A stretch of DNA of 64,000 bases from Candidatus Hydrogenedentota bacterium (GTDB lineage: Bacteria; Hydrogenedentota; Hydrogenedentia; Hydrogenedentales; SLHB01): assembly GCA_045863295.1 (NCBI GenBank), contig BTWA01000007.1, positions 77,889 to 141,888 of the forward strand. Reading direction: 5' to 3'. This document shows positions 1-10,155 of this stretch, piece by piece. The translations under genes were made by a program, and so were the position numbers. Position 1 is the first letter of the stretch; each line of letters begins with the position of its first letter. Below the pieces are notes generated by a model. That model saw nothing but the letters and a program-made list of their open reading frames with translations. It was not told the origin of the DNA and searched no databases.

Positions 1-1457
1 TTAAAAAATGCCAGAACCTCCTCCACCCCGGGAGGGGTTGCCTCTACACAGCATTGAGCAGCGTCCAGGAAACCCTGGTTGGCTTGCAGGCCATCATCCA
101 GTTGTTCTTTGTAGAACGGGGCGATTTCCTCGAATTCCAGGTCGAATTCTCGCGAGTTGCCTTGTAGCGGCCATTCGATATCGATGACACCGTCGTTGTT
201 GATGTCCGCTGTGCGCACATCCAGAACCCCATCCTTATTGCGATCTTCATACGTATACGCCGCATCCACGACGCCATCGAGATTAAAATCCACATCCACG
301 TATCCGTAATCCGCGCCAAGCAAGTGAAGCCGGTCATCGACGGGCTCGTAATAAAATCGAAGCGGGGAGGAAGGGGTGGAGGCAACCTCAATGCGCTTGT
401 TCAATTTCGCGCTGGGGGGGCCACCTACTTGCGGGAAATCCTCGTGTTTCGAAGCTTGATTGAGAATTCCCTCCCAGCGTTCGTTGGGATCCTTGGCCAC
501 ATCTTGATCGGTGTTGCTCCCAAGTTCGTCCCAAGTAAGCAGCGCCTTATCCCACGCAGCGTTCTTCGAAAACGCCTTCGTCGCATCCCATGCGAGCACG
601 GGATGTGTGTCAATGCCGCGAATTTTCAATACCAAGGCAGCTTCAGTCTCGGCGGAGATGCCGCCTTCGCCGGGGATGGCGGTAATGGAAAAATCGTAGT
701 CGTGGGTGTGCCGCCCATTGGCCGTGTCATCGGCGTCGATGCTGTATCGCAGATTCTGAACATCATTGCCGATTGCGCTGATGCGAATGACCACCTCGCT
801 GTTCCGGTCGCCGTCCGGATCGTAAAATGCGAACGGATCTTCCCAGACATTTACCCAGCGGTCATCGCCTTCGGCAAGCCGGAACTGATAGAACATCTCG
901 TCGCCGCTGAAATGTGTCCGCCATTGACAGAGCGGTTGGTAGTAGTTTCCATTAACGTCGTACCAGAGCATGTTGTCATCGCCGACATCGACCGACCACC
1001 AAACCGTGTAGTCATCCTTTCCATCCTTCCAGTCTTTGTCGTAAAAGATGCCCATTTCGTCCAGATCGTTGTCGCCGTCGTTGTCTTGATAATCGGTGAC
1101 CACGTCGATGAAACCGTCGCCGTGGTGATCCCAAAAATAAAGATCGCTGTCGAGATCGCCCCGGCCCATTTCGTGCATATCGCCGTCTTCATCGACAACG
1201 CGGACCACCATGGGCTGAATGTCATGTCGCGGGGAGTAGTCGATGTACCACATCTCGTCGGTAAGGCCGTCGCCGTTGGTATCGTTCTTCAGGGTCTCAC
1301 CCCGTTCCATCGCCTTGACTCGTTCGACGCTCTCTGCCGGCAGCATACGCGGAAGGCCGAATATGCGTTGGAAAACGGCGGAATTGGACTTGTCCTGTGC
1401 CGACGCAGGGCTGGCCACTGCAACGATTCCCAGGACACACAAGAACAATCGTGACAT
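1..1457 (-). CDS. Secreted Asp-rich calcium-binding repeat protein (dockerin/EF-hand-like DxDxDG/DxNxDG motifs); 3' end runs past window start (partial)
   Basis: Hand translation of the minus strand from ATG at 1457 gives MSRLFLCVLGIVAVASPASAQD (Sec signal) followed by repeated D-rich loops (NDTNGDGLTDE, WDHHGDGFIDVVTDYQDNDGDNDLDE, DFNLDGVVDAAYTYEDRNKDGVLDVRTADINNDGVIDIEW). The frame is open to position 1, so the ORF track does not list it as complete. The plus ORF 324..1454 is rich in V/I codons (GAC/GAT read antisense), as expected for the antisense shadow of a D-rich CDS. Confidence 0.6.
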   Translation of the reverse strand, partial: MSRLFLCVLGIVAVASPASAQDKSNSAVFQRIFGLPRMLPAESVERVKAMERGETLKNDTNGDGLTDEMWYIDYSPRHDIQPMVVRVVDEDGDMHEMGRGDLDSDLYFWDHHGDGFIDVVTDYQDNDGDNDLDEMGIFYDKDWKDGKDDYTVWWSVDVGDDNMLWYDVNGNYYQPLCQWRTHFSGDEMFYQFRLAEGDDRWVNVWEDPFAFYDPDGDRNSEVVIRISAIGNDVQNLRYSIDADDTANGRHTHDYDFSITAIPGEGGISAETEAALVLKIRGIDTHPVLAWDATKAFSKNAAWDKALLTWDELGSNTDQDVAKDPNERWEGILNQASKHEDFPQVGGPPSAKLNKRIEVASTPSSPLRFYYEPVDDRLHLLGADYGYVDVDFNLDGVVDAAYTYEDRNKDGVLDVRTADINNDGVIDIEWPLQGNSREFDLEFEEIAPFYKEQLDDGLQANQGFLDAAQCCVEATPPGVEEVLAFF

Positions 1458-1575
1458 TGTCGGGTTCCTCGCGAATAAAGAGTTTGATTGCATGGTAGCG
1501 TTTCACGTGAGATTTTGCTAGCCTGCCCGGAGGGATCGTATCCAGTGTTTCGTTAGTGGTGTGGAGTATGGGGCA

Positions 1576-4500
1576 ATGAAGAATTCACTGTGGAAGGCCT
1601 TCGTCTTTACGTGCTTTGCGCTTGGCGCCAACGCACAAGCGCCGGAATCAGAATCGCGCAAAGCCGAGTACGTGCACCAAGTGACCCGAGGCGCCGGGTT
1701 GATGCCATGGCAGACTTCCGGCACTTCTGAAATGGAAACAGCGTTTAGAACGTCCGCCGAAAGCAGGAAAGACGGGTTGCTGGCGGCCCGCAGCACGATC
1801 CAGCGTCCAGCCTTGATTGATGCCGAAGCATTCGCCCGGGCCAAAGCCAATATTGAAGAATGGGATTGGGCTCAAAGTTGGCTGCAATCTCAAATTGGAC
1901 TCGCTGACTATGTAGCCGCCCAGCCGGTTTCCTGGATAGACGCGATGATTCCGGAATTGTCGCCCGCGCATGGATACGGGTTCACCTGTCCCGTATGCGT
2001 GGGCGATAAGAGTCAGGAAGCGGTGGGCTCGGGGCTGGCCGGTTGGAGCTACGAGAATCCGGAAGTCCTTACCTGCCGCGCCTGCGGCCAGGTGTATCCC
2101 GATCCCGCCTTCCCCGAAACCGCTGTGTTGAAAATGCCGCGCATGGACCAGGAAATTACGTACTATCTGAACCCAGCGGAACAGGCAAACCCGGACGATC
2201 GATCCGGAAAGCTGGCATGGCATTGGGTGAACTATCCAATTCACGTCAGCTTTACCGGGCTTGTTCGAGAGAAGAAACTCGATTTCATGCGCACGGCGGC
2301 AAGGGCGACCGCGCTGGCGCACGCCTTTACCGGCAAACCGGAATACGCAGAAGCCACCCGTGCCATTCTCACCCGCTTCGCGCATTGCTACCGCAACTGG
2401 CTCTATCGCGACTATTGGGACACCTACGCCGACTGCGATCCACTTTATGCCGCATGGCACGACAGAGCCCTGCCATTGGAATGGAAACGTCATTTGAGCG
2501 AAAGCGCCTTTGCGGAGGATACGCTGGAAAAGGCCTCCATGCTGCAAACCTATTGGGGCGCTGGCCGCGTGCATCCCAGCACCGACGCCATCAGCGGCCT
2601 GGATGAATTCGCATTGGCGTACGACCTGACCATTGACGCCGCCGCTCCAGACGGCGAGCCGATATGGGACGATACAAGCCGTGCCAAGGTCGAGCGAGAT
2701 TTGTTCCTGGAGTATCTGTTTGGCGCGGAACCCTATATCGGCGGCCCCGGCAAAGCAGAGAACAAGAACAACAAGTCGCCCCGCATTTACAACGCCATGG
2801 CGGCCGTGGCCAAGGTGCTTGGCCTGCCTGCCTATGCAGATGTCGCGCTCAAAGGATACGAAGTGGTGCGGGATCAGTCGTTCCTGTACGACGGAGTCAG
2901 CAGTGAAAGCCCTTCGTACACCGACATGTACCTCGCCCAACTGTTGATTGTGCCGGAGACCCTGCACGGCTTTGTTTGGCCGGATGGATATGCCGGGCGC
3001 AGCGGTACAGTGGATTATTATTCGTCAGACGAATTGTTGCGCCGGATGTACCGGGGTGTCTTGTGGTCGCTCCAACCCGATGGAACCTATCTTCCCTTGA
3101 GCGACAGTCACGTGCACGATCCCCCCTCCCAACATATCGCGCTTATGGGATTGAAGCGCTACCCCGAGTTCTATGCTGGAGTGCTGCCCAGTCTGTACAA
3201 ACGGTCCGGCGGCGAATACGCGCTCTTTAACTTGTCGCGCGAGGAACTCTTGAGCGACACAGGATTCAACCCGCCGGAGACCTTTTTCCCAGCATGGCAA
3301 ACCGCTGTCTTGCGGCACGGCTTAGGAACCGAGGGCAGTGTACTGTCGCTGGTGCTGAATCCCAGCGGCGGTCACCGGCATCGGGATAACCTGGCCCTAT
3401 TCTATGCCGGCCAAGGCGATACCGCCGTTGGAGACCACGGATACGTGGGCGACATGCCCATCAACAATTGGATTCGAAGCACCTACAGCCACAACTTGGT
3501 AATCGTGGATGATGCCGAGCAGGAGTTCGGCAACCGCGATCCCGAATTCGGATTCATGGCGACCTCACCGTTGGCCTCCGTTGTGGAAGGCACGTCAAAC
3601 GCATATCCGCAGTGTGCGGAATATCGAAGACGCGTTGTGTTGGTGAAACTCCCTCAAGGTGGAACGTTCGCGATTGATCTGTTCGCCGTGGCCGGTGGTA
3701 ACAAACACGCGTTTCGCACTTATAGCGAGATTGCCGCAAGCGACAGTACGAACGGCAGAATCACTTTTGATGGCGTCGCAATGCCGGACGAACCGCCGCT
3801 CCCGGAAGTAGGGGCAAGCCTGGCCGATGCAGACATATTTGGCCTCCGTGATGTTCGAAGCGCCGTCCCAACTCGTTCGCCATGGCACGCAACCTGGCGC
3901 GATGATCGGCGCGCATACCGTTTGTGGATGGCAACTTCCCTCGAACGCGTGGAAGCGTCAAATGGGCCCGGCCAACGATCGCTTGAGGAGACCGGCCGTC
4001 GTGTTCGTTACGTGGATAGCGTTCGCGAAGGCGCTGCCCTGCGAAGTGCCTATGCGGCCGTCCACGAACCTTCCGATCAGGCTGGGGGATTTGCCATTGA
4101 AACAGTGGATTTGTTGGACGTCACCGCCGCCGGCGATAAAGCGCTAGCGCTGCGAATCACCTCGAAAGCAGGCGACTATCTCGTCCTGAACGATTTTCAG
4201 AATGCCGTTTCCGTCGACGGGATCCGGTTCGCCGGCGCCTTTGCATTGATTCGCGGACAAAGCGGCCAGTGGAAAGACTGGTTGACGGTAGGGGCGACGC
4301 ACTTTGCCGAAGGGGAAGCGTCGGTAACACGGGAGGCCGGTATCATCGCGGGGTCCCCAAAGTCGCAAGCTCCGGAAGCGATAGTCGCTGAGTCAGTTGT
4401 CCCCGTCGGGTGGATCGACAGCGACGAGGGCGTGAGATCCTACCTTCGCGTAAAGGCGGAGACCGGCTGGACGGGGTTTCCCGTGCACTCGGTGGATGGT

Positions 4501-4584
4501 TCCGAAATCCATATTGACGACTATCCAGTGCCGGCCATTTCGAACTACGAGTTGCCGGCCGTCGACTATACCTCGCGACCCTGA
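1576..4584 (+). CDS. Heparinase II/III-like polysaccharide lyase family protein (secreted)
   Basis: Track ORF 1561..4584; the likely start is the internal ATG at 1576, giving signal peptide MKNSLWKAFVFTCFALGANAQAP. The C-terminal half carries the heparinase II/III-like signature region (GGHRHRDNLALFYAGQGDTAVGDHGYVGD...YSHNLVIVDD). The N-terminal region is consistent with an alginate-lyase-like alpha/alpha toroid. Confidence 0.7.
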   Translation: MKNSLWKAFVFTCFALGANAQAPESESRKAEYVHQVTRGAGLMPWQTSGTSEMETAFRTSAESRKDGLLAARSTIQRPALIDAEAFARAKANIEEWDWAQSWLQSQIGLADYVAAQPVSWIDAMIPELSPAHGYGFTCPVCVGDKSQEAVGSGLAGWSYENPEVLTCRACGQVYPDPAFPETAVLKMPRMDQEITYYLNPAEQANPDDRSGKLAWHWVNYPIHVSFTGLVREKKLDFMRTAARATALAHAFTGKPEYAEATRAILTRFAHCYRNWLYRDYWDTYADCDPLYAAWHDRALPLEWKRHLSESAFAEDTLEKASMLQTYWGAGRVHPSTDAISGLDEFALAYDLTIDAAAPDGEPIWDDTSRAKVERDLFLEYLFGAEPYIGGPGKAENKNNKSPRIYNAMAAVAKVLGLPAYADVALKGYEVVRDQSFLYDGVSSESPSYTDMYLAQLLIVPETLHGFVWPDGYAGRSGTVDYYSSDELLRRMYRGVLWSLQPDGTYLPLSDSHVHDPPSQHIALMGLKRYPEFYAGVLPSLYKRSGGEYALFNLSREELLSDTGFNPPETFFPAWQTAVLRHGLGTEGSVLSLVLNPSGGHRHRDNLALFYAGQGDTAVGDHGYVGDMPINNWIRSTYSHNLVIVDDAEQEFGNRDPEFGFMATSPLASVVEGTSNAYPQCAEYRRRVVLVKLPQGGTFAIDLFAVAGGNKHAFRTYSEIAASDSTNGRITFDGVAMPDEPPLPEVGASLADADIFGLRDVRSAVPTRSPWHATWRDDRRAYRLWMATSLERVEASNGPGQRSLEETGRRVRYVDSVREGAALRSAYAAVHEPSDQAGGFAIETVDLLDVTAAGDKALALRITSKAGDYLVLNDFQNAVSVDGIRFAGAFALIRGQSGQWKDWLTVGATHFAEGEASVTREAGIIAGSPKSQAPEAIVAESVVPVGWIDSDEGVRSYLRVKAETGWTGFPVHSVDGSEIHIDDYPVPAISNYELPAVDYTSRP

Positions 4585-4631
4585 ATCCAAGACAATTTCA
4601 TTGGCGAATTATCCTGCTCGACAGGTATACA

Positions 4632-7124
4632 ATGAACGATCTTGGGAGTCTTGTTTCGCCAATTGCGGAGGGGTATGGCATGTACAGGGTATGGGCGGTT
4701 GGGCTCTGCGTGGTGTTGGCATTCGGCTGTTGGGCGCCTGCCTGGGCCGTCGTTCTTACAAAGGCCGTGATCGTCGCGAATCCTGCCGACGGCGTCGTCG
4801 GCAAAGCAGCCACCATGCTGCAAGAGGAACTGGAAGAGCGGTCCGGAATCAAACTCCCGATAAGCGGCAATGCCCCGGCAGACTCACCGGCCATTTTCAT
4901 CGGCACGGTGGATACATTGGACGGTGTAAACGTTCCGGAGCAACCGGAGTCGTACGGAATCGCGGTCTCCGGCGACGTCGTAAAGCTGGTGGGCCGCGAT
5001 GCGCGCGGGGCCATGTTTGCGGCGGGGAGATTCATTCGTCTGGCGAATTACCCGGGCCAAACGCTCACGGTCGATCTGTCCGCCCCGATTGCGACAGCAC
5101 CCGACGTGCCCATTCGCGCTCATCAGTTGGCGTATCGCAATACAGCCAATACCTATGACGCATGGACCGTCGAGATGTACGAGCAGTATATCCGCGATCT
5201 CATCTTTTTCGGCTGCAACGGCGTCGAACTAATACCCAGTTATGATCCGGATACCAAAGACGGCCCCGTGATGACTGAATCCATGCATGCCATGAATGTA
5301 AAGCTCTCCGGCCTGATTCGTTCGTATGGCATCGATGTCTGGCTCTGGTCGCCCGTAATGGCGGAACCGGGTGAAGACGTGACTACACCCGATGGAGCCA
5401 AGGAGGCGATTGCCAAGCGCCTGACAGTCTTCAAGGACTATCCAGCCATTGATCATCTCTTTGTGCCCGGTGGTGATGACGGTGACGCTCCGGCAGAACA
5501 CTTGGTGCCGTTTCTCAAGGAATTGTCCGGCTCGTTGAAGGAGATGCATCCCAACGCAAAAATCTGGATTTCTAACCAGACCTTTACGATTGAAGAAAAC
5601 AACTACTTCTTTGACTACCTCAGGAATGAGAAACCGGAATGGCTGACCGGCGTCGTCTATGGGCCATGGACAAAAATGGGGTTGGCGGAAATGCGAGAGC
5701 GCACCCCAGATTCATTTCAGATGCGGCTGTATCCCGATATCAATCATACGACCCGATGCCAGTATCCAATTCCCGAGTGGGACCCCGCCTTCGCCATGAC
5801 AGAGGGCCGGGAACCGGTTATGCCCATGGCCGCGATGCAAAAGCACATCTACCTCATGGATCGCGGTCTCTCCAACGGATTCGGCACCTACTCCGACGGC
5901 ATCCACGACGATCTGAACAAGGTCGTGTGGAGCGCATACGGGTGGGATCCAAAAACCGATCTCGATGCCTTGCTGATTGAATACGGAAAAGTATGGTGGG
6001 GACCGGACGCCGCCGCCGATGTCGCCCGCGGACTTAAAATGCTGGAAGACGATTGGAAAGGCCCTATCCTGGAAAATACGACCATTCCTGAAACGCGCGC
6101 GCTTTGGGAAAACATCTCCAAGGGCCGCCCCGACTTTAACGCAAACTGGCGTGCCCAAATGTATCTGTTCCGCGCGCGCTACGACGAATACGTACAGAAA
6201 AAGGCGGCCGCGGAGGCAAAATACGAAAAGGAAGCGCTGGAAACGCTGGCGAAAACGCGGGAAACCGGAGTGGCTAAAGCCATCGCAGGTGCGAAGGCCG
6301 CACTCGCCAAAGCAGACACACCCGCCGATACCGGCTTGCGGAAACTAATCGAAGGACTTGGGCCGGTCATGCTCAAGAGCATTGGCTATCAGTTGAGTGT
6401 GAAACCGCCCTACCTCGCGCGTAACCCCGAGCGGGGAGCCATGCTGGATTGGCTGGATCAGCCGATTAACGATCGGCCTTGGCTGGAACAACGATTTGCC
6501 GCGATACAAGCTATGGAGACTGAGGAACAGCAGGTGGCGGCCATTGACGAAATCGTCCACTGGTCTGACCCAGGGTCCGGAGGTTTCTACGACAATCTCG
6601 GCGCAGTCGGCCAGTACAAACACGTGGTGCGGCAAAAGTCGTGGGAAGAAGACCCCTCCGCCACAAACTCGCCCCGAGTCGCATTCGTCAATTATAAGGC
6701 GGATAAAGAGGCCATCCAGGCCATAAATGCAGTGGCCGACGACGCAAACGTGGCTTTTAAGGACGAAAAGACGAAACAGTCGCCCCAGACCGCGCAAGGC
6801 CGCCAGGAATTGCGTATGTCCTGGCAGTCACAGATAACGACGCAGTTCGGCACGCCGTTGAAGATGCGCTATGAGGGCCTGGATCCCAATGCAACCTATT
6901 CGCTCAAGGTCACCTATGCCGGACGATACAAGCCAACCATGACACTGACATTAAACGAAATGATGAGCATCCACGGACCCGTGCCACAGCCGGATCCCAT
7001 CTGGCCGGTCACTTATTACATACCGCAAGCCGCCACGAAGAGCGGCACGCTCGACCTGGAATGGGATCTGGTGGAAGGGCGCGGTTGCATGGTGGGTGAA
7101 GTCTGGCTTATCAAGAATAAATAA
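4632..7124 (+). CDS. Putative secreted glycoside hydrolase-like protein, paralog A (GH20/GH67/GH89/GH115-like N-terminal alpha/beta domain + TIM-barrel-like region; family unassigned)
   Basis: 830-aa ORF. The alternative start at 4680 (MYRVWAVGLCVVLAFGCWAPAWA) gives a signal peptide. It shares clear paralogy with the next gene (RAHQLAYRNTANTYDAWTVEMYEQYIRDLIFFGCNGVELIP vs RGHQIGFRNTANSYDAWDIATYEQYIRDCAIFGGNSVELIP; VPGGDDGDAP vs VPGGDPGHTDP; C-terminal ...GRGCMVGEVWLIKNK vs ...GRGCQVAEVWLIKTDG). The hydrolase assignment is inferred from architecture and context only. Confidence 0.55.
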   Translation: MNDLGSLVSPIAEGYGMYRVWAVGLCVVLAFGCWAPAWAVVLTKAVIVANPADGVVGKAATMLQEELEERSGIKLPISGNAPADSPAIFIGTVDTLDGVNVPEQPESYGIAVSGDVVKLVGRDARGAMFAAGRFIRLANYPGQTLTVDLSAPIATAPDVPIRAHQLAYRNTANTYDAWTVEMYEQYIRDLIFFGCNGVELIPSYDPDTKDGPVMTESMHAMNVKLSGLIRSYGIDVWLWSPVMAEPGEDVTTPDGAKEAIAKRLTVFKDYPAIDHLFVPGGDDGDAPAEHLVPFLKELSGSLKEMHPNAKIWISNQTFTIEENNYFFDYLRNEKPEWLTGVVYGPWTKMGLAEMRERTPDSFQMRLYPDINHTTRCQYPIPEWDPAFAMTEGREPVMPMAAMQKHIYLMDRGLSNGFGTYSDGIHDDLNKVVWSAYGWDPKTDLDALLIEYGKVWWGPDAAADVARGLKMLEDDWKGPILENTTIPETRALWENISKGRPDFNANWRAQMYLFRARYDEYVQKKAAAEAKYEKEALETLAKTRETGVAKAIAGAKAALAKADTPADTGLRKLIEGLGPVMLKSIGYQLSVKPPYLARNPERGAMLDWLDQPINDRPWLEQRFAAIQAMETEEQQVAAIDEIVHWSDPGSGGFYDNLGAVGQYKHVVRQKSWEEDPSATNSPRVAFVNYKADKEAIQAINAVADDANVAFKDEKTKQSPQTAQGRQELRMSWQSQITTQFGTPLKMRYEGLDPNATYSLKVTYAGRYKPTMTLTLNEMMSIHGPVPQPDPIWPVTYYIPQAATKSGTLDLEWDLVEGRGCMVGEVWLIKNK

Positions 7125-7167
7125 TTGGGCTTGGCGATACTTCACTGTTTCGAAGGGGGATAAGGGT

Positions 7168-9555
7168 ATGCGAAACTTCGGAGTCGGTCTACTGATTCTG
7201 GCCATCGCGTGTAGTAGTGGCATGGAGACTGCTCAAGCGGATGACGCCCTGGATTTGTCCAAGGCGTCCATAGTCGTAATGAAAGGCGACCCCCAGCTTG
7301 AAAAGACCACAACCATGTTGCAGGAGGAGATTGGACGGCGAACCGGTGTGGAAATGCGCGTGGCGGAAACAGTCTCCGGGCCCACGATCATTCTGGGCAC
7401 CGCAACGGGCTTGCCTGCGGGCGTTTCGTTGCCGGCCGAAGTGGTGGTGCCGGAAGCCCCCGAGGGATTCGCGGTGGGGGTCAGCGGTGAAGCTCTCTAC
7501 CTCATAGGATTCGATACGCGAGGCGCCCTATTCGCTGTGGGACACTTCATCCGAAAGGCCAACCTTTCCAAGGGAAGGGTGTCCATTCCTGCCAGCATAA
7601 ACGTATCGACAGCACCCAAGTATCCCATTCGCGGTCACCAAATAGGTTTTCGGAATACCGCCAACAGCTACGACGCGTGGGATATTGCCACATACGAACA
7701 GTATATTCGCGATTGTGCGATCTTCGGCGGCAACTCGGTGGAACTCATACCCAATTTTGATATGGAAGAAAAGGAAGGCCCTGTGATGAAAGAGCCGCAG
7801 GAGCCAATGAATATCAAAATTGCGGGTGTGCTCAATGCCTATGGCCTCGATCTATGGCTGTGGCTGCCGCTCAACGAAGATGTGACCAAACGCGACGAAT
7901 GGGAGCAAGCCTTGAGCGATCGTGATTTACTCTTTTCCCGCTACCCCGCCATCAGCCACATTATGGTGCCCGGCGGCGATCCTGGCCATACCGATCCGAA
8001 AGACCTGATGCCGTGGATGGCCGAAATGGCGCCCATTCTGCGAAAGCACTTTCCGAACGCCGGTGTATGGGTGTCGAACCAAGGCTTCACGGCGGAACAA
8101 AACGATGTCTTCTTTGGTCACCTGCGCGACAATAAACCAGACTGGTTTACCGGGGTCGTGATGGGGCCATGGGCGAAAATCAGTGAAAAAGAGTTGCGGG
8201 AAGCCACACCCGAACAGTATCCGGTGCGCCGTTACCCCGACATCACCCACAATGTGCGGTGCCAATATCCGGTGCCGGATTGGGATCGCGCGTTTGCATT
8301 GACGTTGGGCCGCGAAGCAGCCAACCCCCGTCCGGAAGATACCGCGCACATTCACAACCTGTACGCGCCATTTGCAGACGGGTTTGTCTCCTATTCGGAT
8401 GGTTGCCACGACGATCTGAACAAGATGATCTGGAGTGCGCTCGGTTGGAATCCGGATGCCAATATCGACGAAATTCTGGAAGATTACGGCCGAGTGTTCA
8501 TGGGCGATGCCTATGCGAAAGACATTGCCAAGGGACTGCGCATGCTGGAACAAAACTGGCGCGGCCCCGCCCTGGCGAACGAAGGGATTGACGATACGGT
8601 CAAGCACTGGCTGGCCATCGAAGACCGTTCCAACGGCGAGTTGAAGGGTAACTGGCGGTTCCAACTGCATCTATTGCGCGCCGTATTCGACGCTTATACG
8701 CGCGAACGGCTATTGGCCGAAACAAAACAGGAAAGAAAAATCTATGAAGCGCTCGCTGCGTCACTGGACAATCCAGCCAAGGCGCTCGCCGATGCGGAGG
8801 CGATACTTAACGACGAATCGATGATTAAGGTCCGGCCAGACTTGCGCGCCCGGATTGTCGAACTGTGCGAGGCTATGCTCCAAAGCATCGGCTTCCAGTA
8901 TTCGATGTTTCCTCCATACTTCGCCCCCAGTTCCGAACGGGGTGCCTTTCTGGATCAGATTGACCGCCCACTCAACGATCGATTGTGGCTCTCGGCGCAG
9001 TTTGCCGAAATCCGCTCCATGAACGCTGACGAGGAAAAGAAGGATCGACTTCACCGGATCGTGAACTGGGAGAATCCGGGGCCGGGGTCATTTTACGATG
9101 ACCTTGGACACGTGGGGCGCCAGCCTCATCTCGTAAAACAAACTGACTTCAAGGACGATCCGGGATTTGTCCACGGACCGCAAAGCGAGCACAGCTTGGG
9201 CTTTGACCGATCGAACGCCGAGTCGCTGGACCTCCGGCTGTCCTGGATCGATCAGGGACAAACCCTCTTCGGCGCTCCCCTGAAAATGCACTACGAAGGA
9301 CTGGACAAAGACGCCACGTATCGCGTTCGCGTTACCTATGCCGGCCGCTTCAAACCGACCGTGCGGCTCGTCGCCGACGGAATACACGAAATCCACCCTG
9401 ACCTCTCCCAGCCACTGCCCATTTGGCCCGTGGAATACGACGTCCCCAAAGCCGCTACCCAGGATGGTTCCCTGGATCTGGAATGGCAACTCAAACCCGA
9501 CGCGGGACGCGGCTGTCAGGTTGCGGAGGTCTGGCTCATCAAAACGGACGGCTGA
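7168..9555 (+). CDS. Putative secreted glycoside hydrolase-like protein, paralog B (tandem duplicate of the preceding gene)
   Basis: Track ORF 7096..9555 overlaps the previous gene. The internal ATG at 7168 (MRNFGVGLLILAIACSSG, signal peptide) is preceded by the purine-rich stretch aagggggataaggg. Collinear similarity to paralog A runs over the full length. Confidence 0.55.
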   Translation: MRNFGVGLLILAIACSSGMETAQADDALDLSKASIVVMKGDPQLEKTTTMLQEEIGRRTGVEMRVAETVSGPTIILGTATGLPAGVSLPAEVVVPEAPEGFAVGVSGEALYLIGFDTRGALFAVGHFIRKANLSKGRVSIPASINVSTAPKYPIRGHQIGFRNTANSYDAWDIATYEQYIRDCAIFGGNSVELIPNFDMEEKEGPVMKEPQEPMNIKIAGVLNAYGLDLWLWLPLNEDVTKRDEWEQALSDRDLLFSRYPAISHIMVPGGDPGHTDPKDLMPWMAEMAPILRKHFPNAGVWVSNQGFTAEQNDVFFGHLRDNKPDWFTGVVMGPWAKISEKELREATPEQYPVRRYPDITHNVRCQYPVPDWDRAFALTLGREAANPRPEDTAHIHNLYAPFADGFVSYSDGCHDDLNKMIWSALGWNPDANIDEILEDYGRVFMGDAYAKDIAKGLRMLEQNWRGPALANEGIDDTVKHWLAIEDRSNGELKGNWRFQLHLLRAVFDAYTRERLLAETKQERKIYEALAASLDNPAKALADAEAILNDESMIKVRPDLRARIVELCEAMLQSIGFQYSMFPPYFAPSSERGAFLDQIDRPLNDRLWLSAQFAEIRSMNADEEKKDRLHRIVNWENPGPGSFYDDLGHVGRQPHLVKQTDFKDDPGFVHGPQSEHSLGFDRSNAESLDLRLSWIDQGQTLFGAPLKMHYEGLDKDATYRVRVTYAGRFKPTVRLVADGIHEIHPDLSQPLPIWPVEYDVPKAATQDGSLDLEWQLKPDAGRGCQVAEVWLIKTDG

Positions 9556-9794
9556 CCCGGGTGGCACCGGCCACGGTGGGCCGTCAATTATTTACACTTG
9601 CAATGTGCTGCCGCAATCTATACACTTGGACGTGGCGCAATGGTGCGCCTTGTTTGGAGTCCGTACGTTTCAGACAACGTTTCGTAGCTGATCCCGCCTT
9701 GAAGTCTGCATTAATGACTCATGTTTGCCCCGGACTGGTTGCCAATCGATGCTGAGAACACGCTCCTGTAAACCACTCCGGAAAGGGTGAACTG

Positions 9795-10070
9795 ATGAAC
9801 ATCTATGTGGGAAATCTCTCGTACGACACGCAGAACGAAGACCTGCGCGAAGCGTTTGAACGTCACGGCGAAGTGACCGACGCGCGCGTTGCCTTCGACC
9901 GTGAAACCCGCCGTTCGCGCGGCTTCGGTTTCGTCGAAATGGCAAATGACGGTGAAGCCCGCGCGGCCATCGACAGTCTGAACGGCACCGACCTTCAAGG
10001 CCGTACCATCAAGGTGAACGAAGCGCGTCCCCGTGAAGAGCGGTCCAGCTCGCGCGGCGGCCGGTACTAG
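9795..10070 (+). CDS. RNA-binding protein with a single RRM domain (glycine/arginine-rich tail)
   Basis: RNP-2 IYVGNL and RNP-1 RGFGFVEM motifs, a 91-aa size, and a C-terminal RSSSRGGRY tail are typical of bacterial Rbp-type RRM proteins. Confidence 0.9.
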   Translation: MNIYVGNLSYDTQNEDLREAFERHGEVTDARVAFDRETRRSRGFGFVEMANDGEARAAIDSLNGTDLQGRTIKVNEARPREERSSSRGGRY

Positions 10071-10087
10071 TCAGATTCGAAATGCGC

Positions 10088-10130
10088 GCGGGGTACTGGG
10101 CTCAAAGCCCGGTACCCCGCTCTTCATTTT
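10088..10130 (+). terminator. Stem-loop (9-bp perfect stem gcggggtac/gtaccccgc with inner extension) followed by TCTTCATTTTC; likely intrinsic terminator of the RRM gene
   Basis: Inverted repeat 10088-10096 / 10112-10120 read directly from the sequence, with a T-rich tract 10121-10130. It sits 18 nt after the RRM stop. Confidence 0.5.
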
Positions 10131-10155
10131 CACGCGCCCTGAGCCGGTGTCCGAC

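Noticed and set aside
324-1454. 376-aa plus-strand ORF
   Set aside because: V/I/A-rich low-complexity translation is the antisense shadow of the D-rich (GAC/GAT) minus-strand CDS 1..1457. No signal or domain features.
1648-2967. 439-aa minus-strand ORF inside the heparinase-like gene
   Set aside because: Antisense shadow ORF typical of high-GC DNA. The sense-strand product has signal peptide and family motifs.
4496-5158. 220-aa Arg-rich ORF overlapping the start of GH-like paralog A
   Set aside because: Alternative-frame shadow ORF; Arg/Gly-rich composition typical of a GC-rich out-of-frame translation.
7096-7167. Upstream extension of paralog B (track start 7096) overlapping paralog A
   Set aside because: Internal ATG at 7168 yields a proper signal peptide and has a purine-rich RBS-like stretch. 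The extension would overlap the upstream gene by 29 nt and adds a non-signal leader.
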